Virus record (IMG/VR): IMGVR_UViG_3300005805_000306
Coordinates: 1 to 31,073 of that record
Length of the DNA: 31,073 nucleotides
DNA from: a virus
Lineage: Duplodnaviria; Caudoviricetes
Strand: one strand, 5' to 3'
Shown: piece after piece, positions 1 to 9,042 of the stretch
Layout of the letters: the number at the start of each line of letters is the position of its first letter
Numbering within the stretch: position 1 is the first letter of the stretch
Position numbers and translations under genes: made by a program
Notes under the pieces: generated by a model
Told to the model about the DNA's origin: nothing
Databases searched by the model: none
Seen by the model: only the letters and a program-made list of their open reading frames with translations

Positions 1-1459
1 ATCTGATGGCATCTGAATGAAACTGCAAAGCAACCTTTATTACATCATCGTCTGGATTGGTGATGAATTTCAGAGCTTCTGCTGATGATTTCACAGCAGC
101 CGTCTGAACATCTTTATCGGGATTTGGAATATATCGAATCACGTTGCCAGCATCCGCGCTGCTCACTGCATCCAATTGTAGTTGTTTGCTGGGATTTTTG
201 ATATATTTTATGGTTTCAGCGTCCATTCGTATTGCAAATTCTTTAATCGCTTCAGTGGGATTTTTGATATACTTCATAATCATCGGATATTCTTTTACTG
301 CCAACCACTGTAATTCCTCGCTGGGATTATCAACCCATCGTATGGCATCACTGTTACTTCTCACAGCATGACTTATAATTGTGTTGCTAGGATTGTCGAT
401 ATATTTCAATGTATTGCCATTGAGCTGCACTGCGGTCATTTGCACATATTCGCTGGGATTTTTGATCCATCGAATTGCATCACCATACGATGCTCGAACT
501 GCTCTTTCCTGTAACTCTTCCGACGGATTTGCGATATATCTGATTGCCGATGCTGTTGATCGTCTTCCAATTACAGTCGCAATAGTAAGTGGATCAGATA
601 GAAATCTAATCAATTGAGGATATTTTTCTATATATTTGAACTTGTCTTCTAATGGTAACTTTTGAATAAATCTTGCCCTCTTCTGATCGTCCAACTTACC
701 AAACTTCTTTTTGACTTCTGATCTAAATTCTAGGTCGCGTTTGGATATATTTTTGATACTTTTAACCCACTGATAGGTACCTACTGAATCCAGTATCAAT
801 CCTTGAGTGGGTTCGTTTTGGTGAATAATTCTGAGCCCAGGATCCATTACCACTTTGTATCCCAGTTGTCTCAGGATCCAGTTCCAGATCACATGCGATG
901 ATTTGTGATATTCTTCTTCCAGTAAATTACTGGTTTGCCACAACACATACCACAGCTGACCTCCGGGTCGTTTGACTCTGGTTCGTCTGGCTGATTCCTG
1001 TTGAAACTGCTGAATTTTGGATTGATTTCCAGGCGAGAGGCGAGTTACCAGATCTAGACTCAGAAGTTTTTTCACAGCTTGATCGTATGATGCACTAGTT
1101 ACTTTTTCAAGATCCAGTATTTGATCGGTGGTGAGTTTTAAAATCTGAATATAAGGAGCATCATATTGAAATGGCAAACCTCCTCGGAGAGCTCGTGCTA
1201 GGTAATACTTTCCTGGATAGAAATAAATTCCAATGGGAGTATTGTAATCTGAACCAGGATTCACACCCACTTTGGGCAATTCAGTCATAGTGACTACATA
1301 GTTGTCTAACTCTTTGGCTGGCACAGATTTCAAAAATTTCACGGCCGCTGCGTGGCCCACTTCGGCAAATTTGTCCGGTACCGATGCCTGTTCTCGATCT
1401 GATCGCCTGAGTTCGTCAATTTGCTGAGAATTTGGTGAATTTAGTTCTGTTATCTTCAT
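1..1459 (-). CDS. Partial (runs off left edge) >486 aa protein: N-terminal MKITEL, possible ADP-ribosyltransferase-like domain, C-terminal ~22-aa tandem repeats (AIRYIxNPSEELQxxAV, DUF4116-like)
   Basis: ATG at 1459 (minus). Manual translation MKITELNSPNSQQIDELRR...YNTPIGIYFYP...LGYKVVMDPGLRIIHQNEPTQGLIL...AIRYIANPSEELQERAV...HSDAIR is open to the window edge. Absent from ORF track because there is no stop in the window. TAAATA motif upstream. Confidence 0.85.
   Translation of the reverse strand, partial: MKITELNSPNSQQIDELRRSDREQASVPDKFAEVGHAAAVKFLKSVPAKELDNYVVTMTELPKVGVNPGSDYNTPIGIYFYPGKYYLARALRGGLPFQYDAPYIQILKLTTDQILDLEKVTSASYDQAVKKLLSLDLVTRLSPGNQSKIQQFQQESARRTRVKRPGGQLWYVLWQTSNLLEEEYHKSSHVIWNWILRQLGYKVVMDPGLRIIHQNEPTQGLILDSVGTYQWVKSIKNISKRDLEFRSEVKKKFGKLDDQKRARFIQKLPLEDKFKYIEKYPQLIRFLSDPLTIATVIGRRSTASAIRYIANPSEELQERAVRASYGDAIRWIKNPSEYVQMTAVQLNGNTLKYIDNPSNTIISHAVRSNSDAIRWVDNPSEELQWLAVKEYPMIMKYIKNPTEAIKEFAIRMDAETIKYIKNPSKQLQLDAVSSADAGNVIRYIPNPDKDVQTAAVKSSAEALKFITNPDDDVIKVALQFHSDAIR
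2..547 (-). repeat. At least 8 tandem 22-24 aa protein repeats (IxNP core)
   Basis: AIRYIANPSEELQERAV / AIRWIKNPSEYVQMTAV / TLKYIDNPSNTIISHAV / AIRWVDNPSEELQWLAV / IMKYIKNPTEAIKEFAI / TIKYIKNPSKQLQLDAV / VIRYIPNPDKDVQTAAV / ALKFITNPDDDVIKVAL. Confidence 0.85.
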
Positions 1460-1472
1460 AATCTCTATTGTG

Positions 1473-1479
1473 TATTTAG
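1473..1479 (-). promoter_or_regulatory. Putative T4-like late promoter (CTAAATA)
   Basis: Reverse complement ACTAAATAC lies about 14 nt upstream of ATG 1459; the same TAAATA core recurs before several genes. Confidence 0.5.
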
Positions 1480-1507
1480 TGAATATCTGCTAAAATTACT
1501 GTAAGAA

Positions 1508-1897
1508 ATGAACTTTAGACAATTAGCTAACACTATTCGAGCTCAGCAAGCAGAATACAATTCAGTCACAACACGGCTCTATACAGAACTAGAAACCACC
1601 AAACAACAGTGCAAGCACAATCAGACTGTGATTGTGTGCAGTGAAAACACTGGCAGCTATAGCTGGGACTACGACGACGCTTATCCCGAATATCGTCAGT
1701 GCTTGATTTGCGGCTTTATGGAAAGCGGCAGCCGAAAAGAAGGATTCAAAACTTTACTAAATCCAGTTAAACGACTGGAATTGGGTTACCCTCATTCCAC
1801 GAAAACTCGATACCGTGACTCGCCGCTGAACCAATGTCTAACAACACCCCTCAAAGATCTACTCCGGTGGGTAGAAAAGAACGGATACAACCTATGA
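1508..1897 (+). CDS. Hypothetical protein (CxH...CxxC, possible Zn binding)
   Basis: 129 aa ORF; stop overlaps next start (ATGA). Confidence 0.75.
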   Translation: MNFRQLANTIRAQQAEYNSVTTRLYTELETTKQQCKHNQTVIVCSENTGSYSWDYDDAYPEYRQCLICGFMESGSRKEGFKTLLNPVKRLELGYPHSTKTRYRDSPLNQCLTTPLKDLLRWVEKNGYNL

Positions 1898-2277
1898 AAC
1901 CTATTACCAATTTATGGTTAGATGATGAACGGCCTTGCTCTTACCAGGGCAACTGGACTGTGGCCAAAAATTATGACGAAGCTGTGGCAATCATGAAGAA
2001 TTACACAGTCAGACATGCTTCGCTGGATCACGACTTGGCTCCGGAACATTATGTTCCTGGTGGTTACGATAAGCCCGAAGTCTACAATAATTTCACCGAA
2101 AAGACCGGATATGACTTTGTGAAGTGGATGGAAACCAATGACGTTTGGCCGCAGTATCCGCCCATAGTTCACAGTCTGAATCCAGTGGGCGCACGTCGCA
2201 TGGCTCATGTACTGGCACGCCATTATGATTGCCGAAGTGAACATTTACTGATACCCTATCGGAAACCTCATAAGTAA
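1894..2277 (+). CDS. Cyclic-phosphate-processing receiver-like domain protein
   Basis: Motifs LWLDDER, SLDHDLA, TGYDFVKW, HSLNPVG; start moved to ATG 1894 (ATGA overlap). Confidence 0.75.
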   Translation: MKPITNLWLDDERPCSYQGNWTVAKNYDEAVAIMKNYTVRHASLDHDLAPEHYVPGGYDKPEVYNNFTEKTGYDFVKWMETNDVWPQYPPIVHSLNPVGARRMAHVLARHYDCRSEHLLIPYRKPHK

Positions 2278-2284
2278 AAACATT

Positions 2285-2827
2285 ATGCCACACACTATTT
2301 CAAAAGACTTCGAGTTCTGCTATGGACACAGAGTTTGGAGTCAGGTACTCAATGGCGAGTACAGTGATAACCTGCTGTGCGCTTGCCGCCATCTTCACGG
2401 CCACGAGGCCAAAGTCACAGTGAGTCTAACAGCTGATCAGCTGGTGGACGGAATGGTCACTGACTTCCGGCATCTGGAATGGCTCAAACGGTTCCTGAAC
2501 ACCCATGTGGATCATCAGTTTATCATTGATGCTAATGACCCACTGTTCGCCAGGCTGGTGGGTGATGTAAACCTATCACCAGTGCAGATTCCGGGCCGGG
2601 ATGAAATCGCTGGTTACACAGTGGATCTGGAAGGTGTCAATGTGTCTGGTGCTGAGCGTGAAATGCTGGAGGGGTTCTTTGTGGTGGATTTCGTTCCCAC
2701 CAGTGAGAATCTCAGTGCTTGGCTGGCCCGAGTGGTGTCGATCAAGATGCGAGATCTGGGAGTCGCAGTGAGCAACGTGGTCTGGTGGGAGTCTCCCAAG
2801 AGTCGCAGTCAGTATGATGTTCTGTAA
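2285..2827 (+). CDS. queD: 6-carboxy-5,6,7,8-tetrahydropterin synthase
   Basis: KDFEFCYGHR, CRHLHGH, GMVTDF, PTSENL, WESPKS motifs of the PTPS/QueD family. Confidence 0.9.
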   Translation: MPHTISKDFEFCYGHRVWSQVLNGEYSDNLLCACRHLHGHEAKVTVSLTADQLVDGMVTDFRHLEWLKRFLNTHVDHQFIIDANDPLFARLVGDVNLSPVQIPGRDEIAGYTVDLEGVNVSGAEREMLEGFFVVDFVPTSENLSAWLARVVSIKMRDLGVAVSNVVWWESPKSRSQYDVL

Positions 2828-3041
2828 ACTAAGCTGGATCAAATGGGCAGGCACAGCGGCCACTGCGGTGGGAGTGGCGCTGACTGCCTTTGATATAACC
2901 CCACTAAATAAACTGGTGGGCATCCTGGGCAGCATTGGTTGGTTTTGGGCTGGGTATCGAATGCGTGAACCCAGTCTGTATCTGCTCAATGCCTTGTTCT
3001 TGGTTCTGTATCTGGTGGGATTTGTGATGTCAACAAAATAG
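2814..3041 (+). CDS. Small membrane protein (about 3 TM helices)
   Basis: Hydrophobic segments IKWAGTAATAVGVALTAF, LVGILGSIGWFWAG, LYLLNALFLVLYLVGF; lies between queD and queE. Confidence 0.75.
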   Translation: MMFCKLSWIKWAGTAATAVGVALTAFDITPLNKLVGILGSIGWFWAGYRMREPSLYLLNALFLVLYLVGFVMSTK

Positions 3042-3042
3042 C

Positions 3043-3071
3043 TTGATAATTTAGAGAAACTAAAGTATAAT
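3043..3071 (+). promoter_or_regulatory. Sigma70-like promoter, probably leaderless transcript
   Basis: TTGATA-17-TATAAT, ATG 5 nt after -10. Confidence 0.7.
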
Positions 3072-3076
3072 AGATT

Positions 3077-3943
3077 ATGCACAAAATCAAAGTATCTGAA
3101 AAATTCTACAGTCTGCAAGGCGAAGGACGTTTTGTTGGTGTTCCCAGCGTGTTTTTGCGCACATTTGGTTGTAATTTTCGTTGCAAACAGTTTGGGCTCC
3201 CCGAGCCTGTGACTGGCAAGTACAATCCCGAAGTAGAATCCATTGTGAAAAACATCGACCAGTTCAAGATCTTTGATGAGCTGCCTTTGGTTTCCACTGG
3301 TTGCGACACCTACGCCAGCATCTATCCAGAGTTTCAGCATCTGAGTCCTTATTACACTGTGGAAGAACTCAGATCAGAATTCAGCAAATTGCTGGGCAGC
3401 GATGGCCTTTGGACCAAGCCCAATGGCAACGATGTACACTTGGTGATTACTGGCGGCGAACCTTTGCTGGGCTGGCAGCGGGTCTATCCTGCTCTGTTGG
3501 AGCAGGAATCCAGGTATGGCTTGCGCAATGTAACATTTGAAACCAATGGCACACAAGCAGTGAGTGCTGAGCTGGCTGATTTTGCTGACCGCTATCGCGA
3601 TGAAATTCAATTCACATTCAGCGTGAGTCCCAAGCTGAGTGCCAGTGGCGAGTCTTGGGCAGATGCCATCAAGCCCGAGGTGGTAAGTCGCTATGAAAAC
3701 TGGGGATTTACCTATCTAAAGTTTGTGGTAGACTGTCCTGCTCACTTTGCTGAGGCAGATCGTGCAGTGACTGAATATCGTGAACAGGGCTTTATGGGTC
3801 CGGTTTATGTGATGCCAGTGGGCGGTGTGGTCAGTGTGTATGACGGTAACAAGTTCAACATTGCCGAAGCTGCATTGGAACGTGGTTACTGCTATAGTCC
3901 CAGACTTCACGTAGATATCTGGGGAAATAGCTGGGCTAAATAA
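3077..3943 (+). CDS. queE: 7-carboxy-7-deazaguanine synthase (radical SAM)
   Basis: FYSLQGEG, VFLRTFGCNFRC...GCDT, VITGGEPL, FETNGT, SVSPKL, YLKFVV, SPRLH. Confidence 0.9.
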   Translation: MHKIKVSEKFYSLQGEGRFVGVPSVFLRTFGCNFRCKQFGLPEPVTGKYNPEVESIVKNIDQFKIFDELPLVSTGCDTYASIYPEFQHLSPYYTVEELRSEFSKLLGSDGLWTKPNGNDVHLVITGGEPLLGWQRVYPALLEQESRYGLRNVTFETNGTQAVSAELADFADRYRDEIQFTFSVSPKLSASGESWADAIKPEVVSRYENWGFTYLKFVVDCPAHFAEADRAVTEYREQGFMGPVYVMPVGGVVSVYDGNKFNIAEAALERGYCYSPRLHVDIWGNSWAK

Positions 3944-3951
3944 AGGACTAT

Positions 3952-4377
3952 ATGAAGATATTTCGGAAATTGTTGGGTATGCTGGAACCCACACCAGAAC
4001 CGGTGCCAGATATCACCACAGACCCACCCCGGCCTGTGCGAAAACGGCGCCCCCGCCGGGCGCCAGCAGAGGCGGCAACATTGAGTCCCAAGGAACAAGC
4101 CACAGCAGAAGGTCGACCCTGGGTCAATGTTCTGGGCCTGGAGTTTGATCCACAGAATCCCACTGTGGGCAGCTTTGAACTGGACTGGAACGAACTGTTT
4201 GTGAAACAGTTGTTGATGAGTGGATTTCAGGGTGATACCGAAGAACAAATTGTGGATCAGTGGTTCCAAAGCATCTGCCGTCATGTGGTTGCAGAAACCT
4301 GGGAGCAGGTACAGGCTGATCCAGCCAATCGAGTCTCCCGCAGGGACTTGGGTAACGGACGAATTGAAGTGGGTTGA
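3952..4377 (+). CDS. Hypothetical phage protein
   Basis: 141 aa, SD aagga upstream; FELDWNELFV...EEQIVDQWF core. Confidence 0.8.
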   Translation: MKIFRKLLGMLEPTPEPVPDITTDPPRPVRKRRPRRAPAEAATLSPKEQATAEGRPWVNVLGLEFDPQNPTVGSFELDWNELFVKQLLMSGFQGDTEEQIVDQWFQSICRHVVAETWEQVQADPANRVSRRDLGNGRIEVG

Positions 4378-4402
4378 CAACTTCCTGAAAAAATAGTAGA
4401 AT
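4374..4402 (+). promoter_or_regulatory. Sigma70-like promoter, leaderless
   Basis: TTGACA-17-TAGAAT, ATG 4409 is 6 nt after -10. Confidence 0.8.
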
Positions 4403-4408
4403 AATAGT

Positions 4409-5389
4409 ATGAATTTTCTGATTGTGGACTTGGCTAACACTTTCTTCAGAGCCCGTCATTCTGCGCATCGAGCTCAGAGTGCTGAAGAAAAAATTGGATT
4501 GGCAATTCATGTTACATTGAGCAGTGTGGCCAAATGCTGGCGTGAAAACCAATCTGAGCATGTGATTTTTGCATTGGAGGGCAGGTCCTGGCGCAAGGAT
4601 TTCTATGCTCCTTACAAGCGACATCGTGTGGAAGCTCGGGCGGCCGCCACTCCAGCTGAAGCAGCTGAAAACCAGATGTTCTGGCAGGCACATGATGATC
4701 TGATCAGTTTCTTGCGTGAGCGCACTAATTGCACGGTGCTGCAACATCCCAGTCTGGAAGCAGATGATTTGATTGCTGGATGGGTGCAAAATCATCCGGA
4801 TGACCAGCACGTTATTGTTAGCAGCGACACTGATTATATTCAGCTGTTGGCTAGTAATGTTCGCCAGTACAATGGGGTGCTGGATGAGTTGTACACACTA
4901 GAAGGGGTGTTTGATGGCAAGGGCAAACCCATCAAAGATCGTAAAACCGGTGAACCCAAGAAAACCCCAGATCCTGAATGGTTGCTGTTTGAGAAGTGCA
5001 TGAGAGGCGACACCACTGACAACATCTTCAGTGCCTATCCGGGTGTGCGCACCCGAGGTTCCCGTAATCGCGTGGGGCTGACCGAAGCCTTTGCTGATCG
5101 CAAGACCCAGGGCTTTTGCTGGAACAATCTGATGTTGACAAGATGGACAGATCACCTGGGCGAAGAGCATCGAGTTCTGGATGACTACAACCGCAATCGT
5201 GTGCTGGTGGATCTGACCCAGCAGCCTGAACCAATTCGACAGCTGATCAACACCACTGTGCAATCAGCACCGAGTCTGAACAGACCTCAGGTGGGCTCAC
5301 AGTTCCTGAAATTCTGCGGTCGTTATGAACTCAATCGGCTCAGTGATCAGGCCACTCAATGGGGCCAGATACTGAGTGCTGGTCTATAA
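4409..5389 (+). CDS. rnh: T4 RNase H-like 5'-3' exonuclease / flap endonuclease
   Basis: LIVDLAN, SWRKDFYAPYK, LEADDLIA, IVSSDTDYIQL, RGDTTDNI, NRVLVDL. Confidence 0.9.
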   Translation: MNFLIVDLANTFFRARHSAHRAQSAEEKIGLAIHVTLSSVAKCWRENQSEHVIFALEGRSWRKDFYAPYKRHRVEARAAATPAEAAENQMFWQAHDDLISFLRERTNCTVLQHPSLEADDLIAGWVQNHPDDQHVIVSSDTDYIQLLASNVRQYNGVLDELYTLEGVFDGKGKPIKDRKTGEPKKTPDPEWLLFEKCMRGDTTDNIFSAYPGVRTRGSRNRVGLTEAFADRKTQGFCWNNLMLTRWTDHLGEEHRVLDDYNRNRVLVDLTQQPEPIRQLINTTVQSAPSLNRPQVGSQFLKFCGRYELNRLSDQATQWGQILSAGL

Positions 5390-5394
5390 TTGAT

Positions 5395-5766
5395 ATGAGC
5401 AAAACTATCAAAATTTTTGACAATACTGGTCTGCTGGAAATAGCAGATTATGAGCAAGGATCAACCTCTACCTCAACAGACAGCAACCTTTGTGATGTCA
5501 AATGGGACACACAAGATAAAGTGTTTCGATATCGTTATGATAGTCTATGGTACAGTGTGCCTAACCAGATACTTTATCTGAACTGGAATCGCAGAGGTCG
5601 CGAAATCATAGAGTGGATTGAAAAGCAACAACAGCAGCAGGCGCAGTGGCGTACTCAGGCGGCAGAAAATCCTGCTGTGGCTGACGCACTCAGCAGCATG
5701 GCTGACTCACTGAGTCAGCTGATCACCATCGTGAGCCTGGCTGCAGGAACCGGAGATACTGAATAA
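5395..5766 (+). CDS. Hypothetical protein
   Basis: Likely start MSKTIK just after rnh stop; NPAVADAL coiled C-terminus. Confidence 0.7.
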   Translation: MSKTIKIFDNTGLLEIADYEQGSTSTSTDSNLCDVKWDTQDKVFRYRYDSLWYSVPNQILYLNWNRRGREIIEWIEKQQQQQAQWRTQAAENPAVADALSSMADSLSQLITIVSLAAGTGDTE

Positions 5767-5770
5767 TTTT

Positions 5771-5983
5771 ATGACTTTACTGGATCTTTTCAACGGCAAT
5801 TGGACACTGGGTCAATTGCTTTCAGAAGCCATGCCTATGTTGAGCGTGGCTTTCTTCGCTGGCCTGGCTGGCTACATCAAAGGTCTCAATCAGGGTCTGG
5901 TCAAGGCCCTGGAAATTCTGGATCAGGTGGGCCAGACTGCTATCAAAATCAAGGAGGAAACCAATGACCAAGCTAACAGCTAA
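5771..5983 (+). CDS. Small hypothetical membrane protein
   Basis: Hydrophobic MLSVAFFAGLAGYI; tight packing. Confidence 0.65.
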   Translation: MTLLDLFNGNWTLGQLLSEAMPMLSVAFFAGLAGYIKGLNQGLVKALEILDQVGQTAIKIKEETNDQANS

Positions 5984-6452
5984 AAATGTCACAGACGACT
6001 TCTGGATTGTACAGAGTAATGGACGCAAGGTAGGCAACATTCGTTTTCGCAACGATGGTGTGGAGTTCCAGAATGGCAGTCGCGTGGAGCGATTCAGGGA
6101 TCTGAACGCAGTGAATGTCCTTTATGACATTGTATGGCAGCGTATCGTCAGTAATCCTCCCCAGGATGAGCATGATGTGTTTGGGTACCCCACCAAAACC
6201 CTGCCCCACAATCCTGAATTTGACGTGCATCGTCGGCTGCCTTTGTTTACTTCCGAAACCGACAGCAAGAGCAAACAGTGTGCTGGGTATTATCTGGTGA
6301 ATCTGCACAAAAAAGGCTGGACAGAAATGTTCTGTCCCAAGCTGATCACACTGGACCGATACAGCTATTATGGCCCCTACATGGACCCAGAGCACATGCA
6401 AGCTCGGCATCAGGCCTTACAGAATGACCCCCTATATCAAACTGCTCAATGA
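5964..6452 (+). CDS. Hypothetical phage protein
   Basis: Strong SD aaggagg; 162 aa; CAGYY and FCPKLITL motifs. Confidence 0.85.
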   Translation: MTKLTAKNVTDDFWIVQSNGRKVGNIRFRNDGVEFQNGSRVERFRDLNAVNVLYDIVWQRIVSNPPQDEHDVFGYPTKTLPHNPEFDVHRRLPLFTSETDSKSKQCAGYYLVNLHKKGWTEMFCPKLITLDRYSYYGPYMDPEHMQARHQALQNDPLYQTAQ

Positions 6453-6630
6453 TCGGGTCAAGTTGCTGAATTTGAACCGATCCACCAACCTGACTCTGAC
6501 TGCCACTGAGGCCAGGATGTTGCACGCCGAAGTGTTTGCTCTGCTGGAAAAAATATCTGGTCTGCAAAATCAGTTATTGACCTCCAGACCAGCAGAGCAG
6601 GATGGGGGAGTCAGCGGCGGGACTTGGTGA
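6424..6630 (+). CDS. Hypothetical protein
   Basis: ATG 6424 (MTPYIKLLNDRVK) within ORF 6370-6630. Confidence 0.65.
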   Translation: MTPYIKLLNDRVKLLNLNRSTNLTLTATEARMLHAEVFALLEKISGLQNQLLTSRPAEQDGGVSGGTW

Positions 6631-6636
6631 TATCTC

Positions 6637-6644
6637 TATAAATA
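6637..6644 (+). promoter_or_regulatory. T4-like late promoter TATAAATA
   Basis: Exact T4 gp55 consensus in intergenic space about 21 nt before ATG 6666. Confidence 0.7.
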
Positions 6645-6665
6645 GACTTGTGAGAACCTTCAATC

Positions 6666-6950
6666 ATGAGTCGCCCAAAACCTCAAATTCTAGTAGAAAA
6701 AACATCCGGCCTGTATAAAAGCCAGCAAGTTCTGGCCAGCCAGGGAATCTGGGCAGTTTTCTATCAGGGTCAGCCCATCAATCTGCGTAGCCTGAACACA
6801 CTGATCAGTTACCCTGGGCCCAAGTATCGCAAGACTGCATTTGCCAATCCAGGGCATGCTGTGAATCTGGCTCGCAAACTGAATGCTCAGTTTGCCACCC
6901 AGGATTTCACTGTGGTATTGCTGAATCAGGGTCAACAGGTATTTCCATGA
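6666..6950 (+). CDS. Basic hypothetical phage protein
   Basis: MSRPKP...YPGPKYRKTAFANPGHAVNLARKLN; downstream of late promoter. Confidence 0.85.
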   Translation: MSRPKPQILVEKTSGLYKSQQVLASQGIWAVFYQGQPINLRSLNTLISYPGPKYRKTAFANPGHAVNLARKLNAQFATQDFTVVLLNQGQQVFP

Positions 6951-7354
6951 CCCGTGATGAATTCAGCCAGGCCATGTTTGACCATTACCGTCAGCATAAT
7001 CGATTGTGTGATCGGGTTACTGAACACAATTGTAAACGCAACTGGTGGCATGATCAACTAAACAAAAACAGCACTGGCTGGCGCTTGAGTTTATCGGGTA
7101 TTCGACAATTGTTGTGTAATCCGGTTTATGTGACTGGCACCAAATATTCCATAACTGATCAACAGATCACACTGACTCCCAGGGTAACTTTGCAAATGAG
7201 TCATCTGCCATTTCCCTGGTTTCCGGTCTATATCTATGATGTTCAAAGACGTCAAAATCTGGACAGCATCTGGCTATTTGATGACCATGCTCGCAGCTGG
7301 ATGACTCTGTGCAACAATGATTTTCAACAATTTCTGAGCAGCTGGACTGGTTAG
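6947..7354 (+). CDS. Hypothetical protein
   Basis: ATGA overlap with previous gene. Confidence 0.75.
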   Translation: MTRDEFSQAMFDHYRQHNRLCDRVTEHNCKRNWWHDQLNKNSTGWRLSLSGIRQLLCNPVYVTGTKYSITDQQITLTPRVTLQMSHLPFPWFPVYIYDVQRRQNLDSIWLFDDHARSWMTLCNNDFQQFLSSWTG

Positions 7355-7621
7355 ATGACCCAATACGATCAATATAGAATTCGCCTGTCCTGTTCAAATA
7401 GTTTACTCATCGTCAACACTGGCTGGGGTCCACGCAGGGTGCTAAACCATGCCGTAACCCAATGGTTGGATCGGTACTGTGCTGGTTGGGAGTATCGTTA
7501 TCTGGAAACCACATTCAGATCTGTGTATATATTGGACTTTTCTGAATACGAAGATTATGTGATTTTTGGGTTGTACTGGTTGGGCACCAGAGAATCAGAT
7601 GCTATTGATCCAGAGAGTTGA
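7355..7621 (+). CDS. Small paralog-family protein (divergent member)
   Basis: QWLDRYC..W...YILDFSEYEDYVIFGLYW. Confidence 0.7.
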   Translation: MTQYDQYRIRLSCSNSLLIVNTGWGPRRVLNHAVTQWLDRYCAGWEYRYLETTFRSVYILDFSEYEDYVIFGLYWLGTRESDAIDPES

Positions 7622-7647
7622 CATCAGCAGCAGATATTCGCTAAAAT
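7618..7647 (+). promoter_or_regulatory. Sigma70-like promoter, leaderless GTG start
   Basis: TTGACA-18-TAAAAT, GTG 7654 is 6 nt after -10. Confidence 0.7.
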
Positions 7648-7653
7648 ATCAGT

Positions 7654-8169
7654 GTGGATATTCTGAAACATCTGAAGTCACGTTGGTTCGATCCGGACCT
7701 GTACAACGGAGTCTGGATCGAGCCTGACGTCAGTGTCACTGTGGCTATATGGAACTGGTCTGGGCAAATAGTAGGCTATCAGAAGTATGAACCTGGTGCG
7801 CCCAGATTGCACACCAATCAAGCAGGTACCCGCTATCAAACTTATTTTAGTGAGGGAAAAATTGGTGTGTGGGGTTTGGAAACTGTGGACTGGAGAGGCG
7901 GAGATTTGTTTCTCACGGAAGGCATTTTCAATGCTTGTCGGCTTCATTGGCATGGTTTGCAAGCTGTGGCTGTGATCGCCAATGATCCCAAACATCTACG
8001 CAACTGGCTCAGTGTGTTGCCGCACCGACGCATCGCAGCTCTGGATGGTGATGCTGCTGGCATCAAGCTAGCCAAATATGCGCATCAGTCCATACAGATG
8101 CCGCCAGGTGAAGATGTGGGCAGTTTGAGTGAAATGAAATTCAAGGAGTTGTTTGCTCAATGGTTGTGA
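7654..8169 (+). CDS. TOPRIM-domain primase-like protein (no Zn-binding domain)
   Basis: GQIVGYQ, FLTEGIFNA, AVAV, LDGDAAG, PPGEDVG. Confidence 0.8.
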   Translation: MDILKHLKSRWFDPDLYNGVWIEPDVSVTVAIWNWSGQIVGYQKYEPGAPRLHTNQAGTRYQTYFSEGKIGVWGLETVDWRGGDLFLTEGIFNACRLHWHGLQAVAVIANDPKHLRNWLSVLPHRRIAALDGDAAGIKLAKYAHQSIQMPPGEDVGSLSEMKFKELFAQWL

Positions 8170-8369
8170 AAATACAAGGTGCGGCAGCCAGAAATCGCGC
8201 GATAGACTGGTGTATAGAAAATCTGAGTTCAATTGACAGTTGGAACACTCGGCTGGACAGTGCTCTGCATACTTATTCAAGTCATTGGACTTACGATTTT
8301 ATGTTTGAATCCGAAGCAGACGCAGTTTGGTTCGCACTGATACACGGCGAACATTTATATCGGGAATAA
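8160..8369 (+). CDS. Small paralog-family protein 1
   Basis: AIDWCIENL...YDFMFESEADAVWFALIHG. Confidence 0.8.
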   Translation: MVVKIQGAAARNRAIDWCIENLSSIDSWNTRLDSALHTYSSHWTYDFMFESEADAVWFALIHGEHLYRE

Positions 8370-8374
8370 TTGCA

Positions 8375-8611
8375 ATGGATAACCGATCAGGTACAGTTGT
8401 AAAGATCTTGGGTTATCAAGCTAAAGGTCTTGCAGAAGAGTGGTGTGCGTATAATTTGGGTCCAAAATGGGACTGTAGGTGGCAGCTATTCGTAGACACC
8501 TCCCGCTATTACTATTCCAATACTGACATGATATATAATTTTGTTTTTGAATCCGAAGCAGATGCAGTTTGGTTCGCACTGGTTCATGGAGAACATTTGT
8601 ATCAAGAATAA
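8375..8611 (+). CDS. Small paralog-family protein 2
   Basis: AEEWCAYNLG...YNFVFESEADAVWFALVHG. Confidence 0.8.
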   Translation: MDNRSGTVVKILGYQAKGLAEEWCAYNLGPKWDCRWQLFVDTSRYYYSNTDMIYNFVFESEADAVWFALVHGEHLYQE

Positions 8612-8618
8612 TAAACAA

Positions 8619-8825
8619 ATGACTATCAGCGTAAAAGGTCTCAATAATGCTTACGCTGCAGAACAATGGTGCAGAAAACATTTGGGTCCACGTTTTAAAA
8701 AATGGGACATAGTGATTTTGCCCATTGACCCCAATATGGGTCTGGATGATTTTCTTTACGAATTTTCATTTGCCTCTGATGTAGATATAACTTGGTTTGT
8801 GTTGGTTTACAGTAATGCACCCTAA
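8619..8825 (+). CDS. Small paralog-family protein 3
   Basis: AEQWCRKHLG...YEFSFASDVDITWFVLVY. Confidence 0.8.
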   Translation: MTISVKGLNNAYAAEQWCRKHLGPRFKKWDIVILPIDPNMGLDDFLYEFSFASDVDITWFVLVYSNAP

Positions 8826-8829
8826 TTCA

Positions 8830-9042
8830 ATGATATCCCTAAAGATTGTAGGGCTGGATCGATGTGTTGATGCATTGCTATGGTGTGAAGAAAATCTGGG
8901 ATCAAAAAATGAACGATGGCGGTATAGGATCTTTAGTGTGAGCGAATTGTCTAAACTCCATAAATTCACATACGAATTCTCATTTCAGACTGAAGCAGAC
9001 GCAATTTGGTTCTCTTTGGTTCACGGTGATTCAATCCTATGA
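8830..9042 (+). CDS. Small paralog-family protein 4
   Basis: ALLWCEENLG...YEFSFQTEADAIWFSLVHG (alternative start 8815). Confidence 0.8.
   Translation: MISLKIVGLDRCVDALLWCEENLGSKNERWRYRIFSVSELSKLHKFTYEFSFQTEADAIWFSLVHGDSIL

Noticed and set aside
144-617. + strand ORFs 144-371 and 381-617
   Set aside because: They are antisense to the repeat region of the real minus-strand gene 1-1459.
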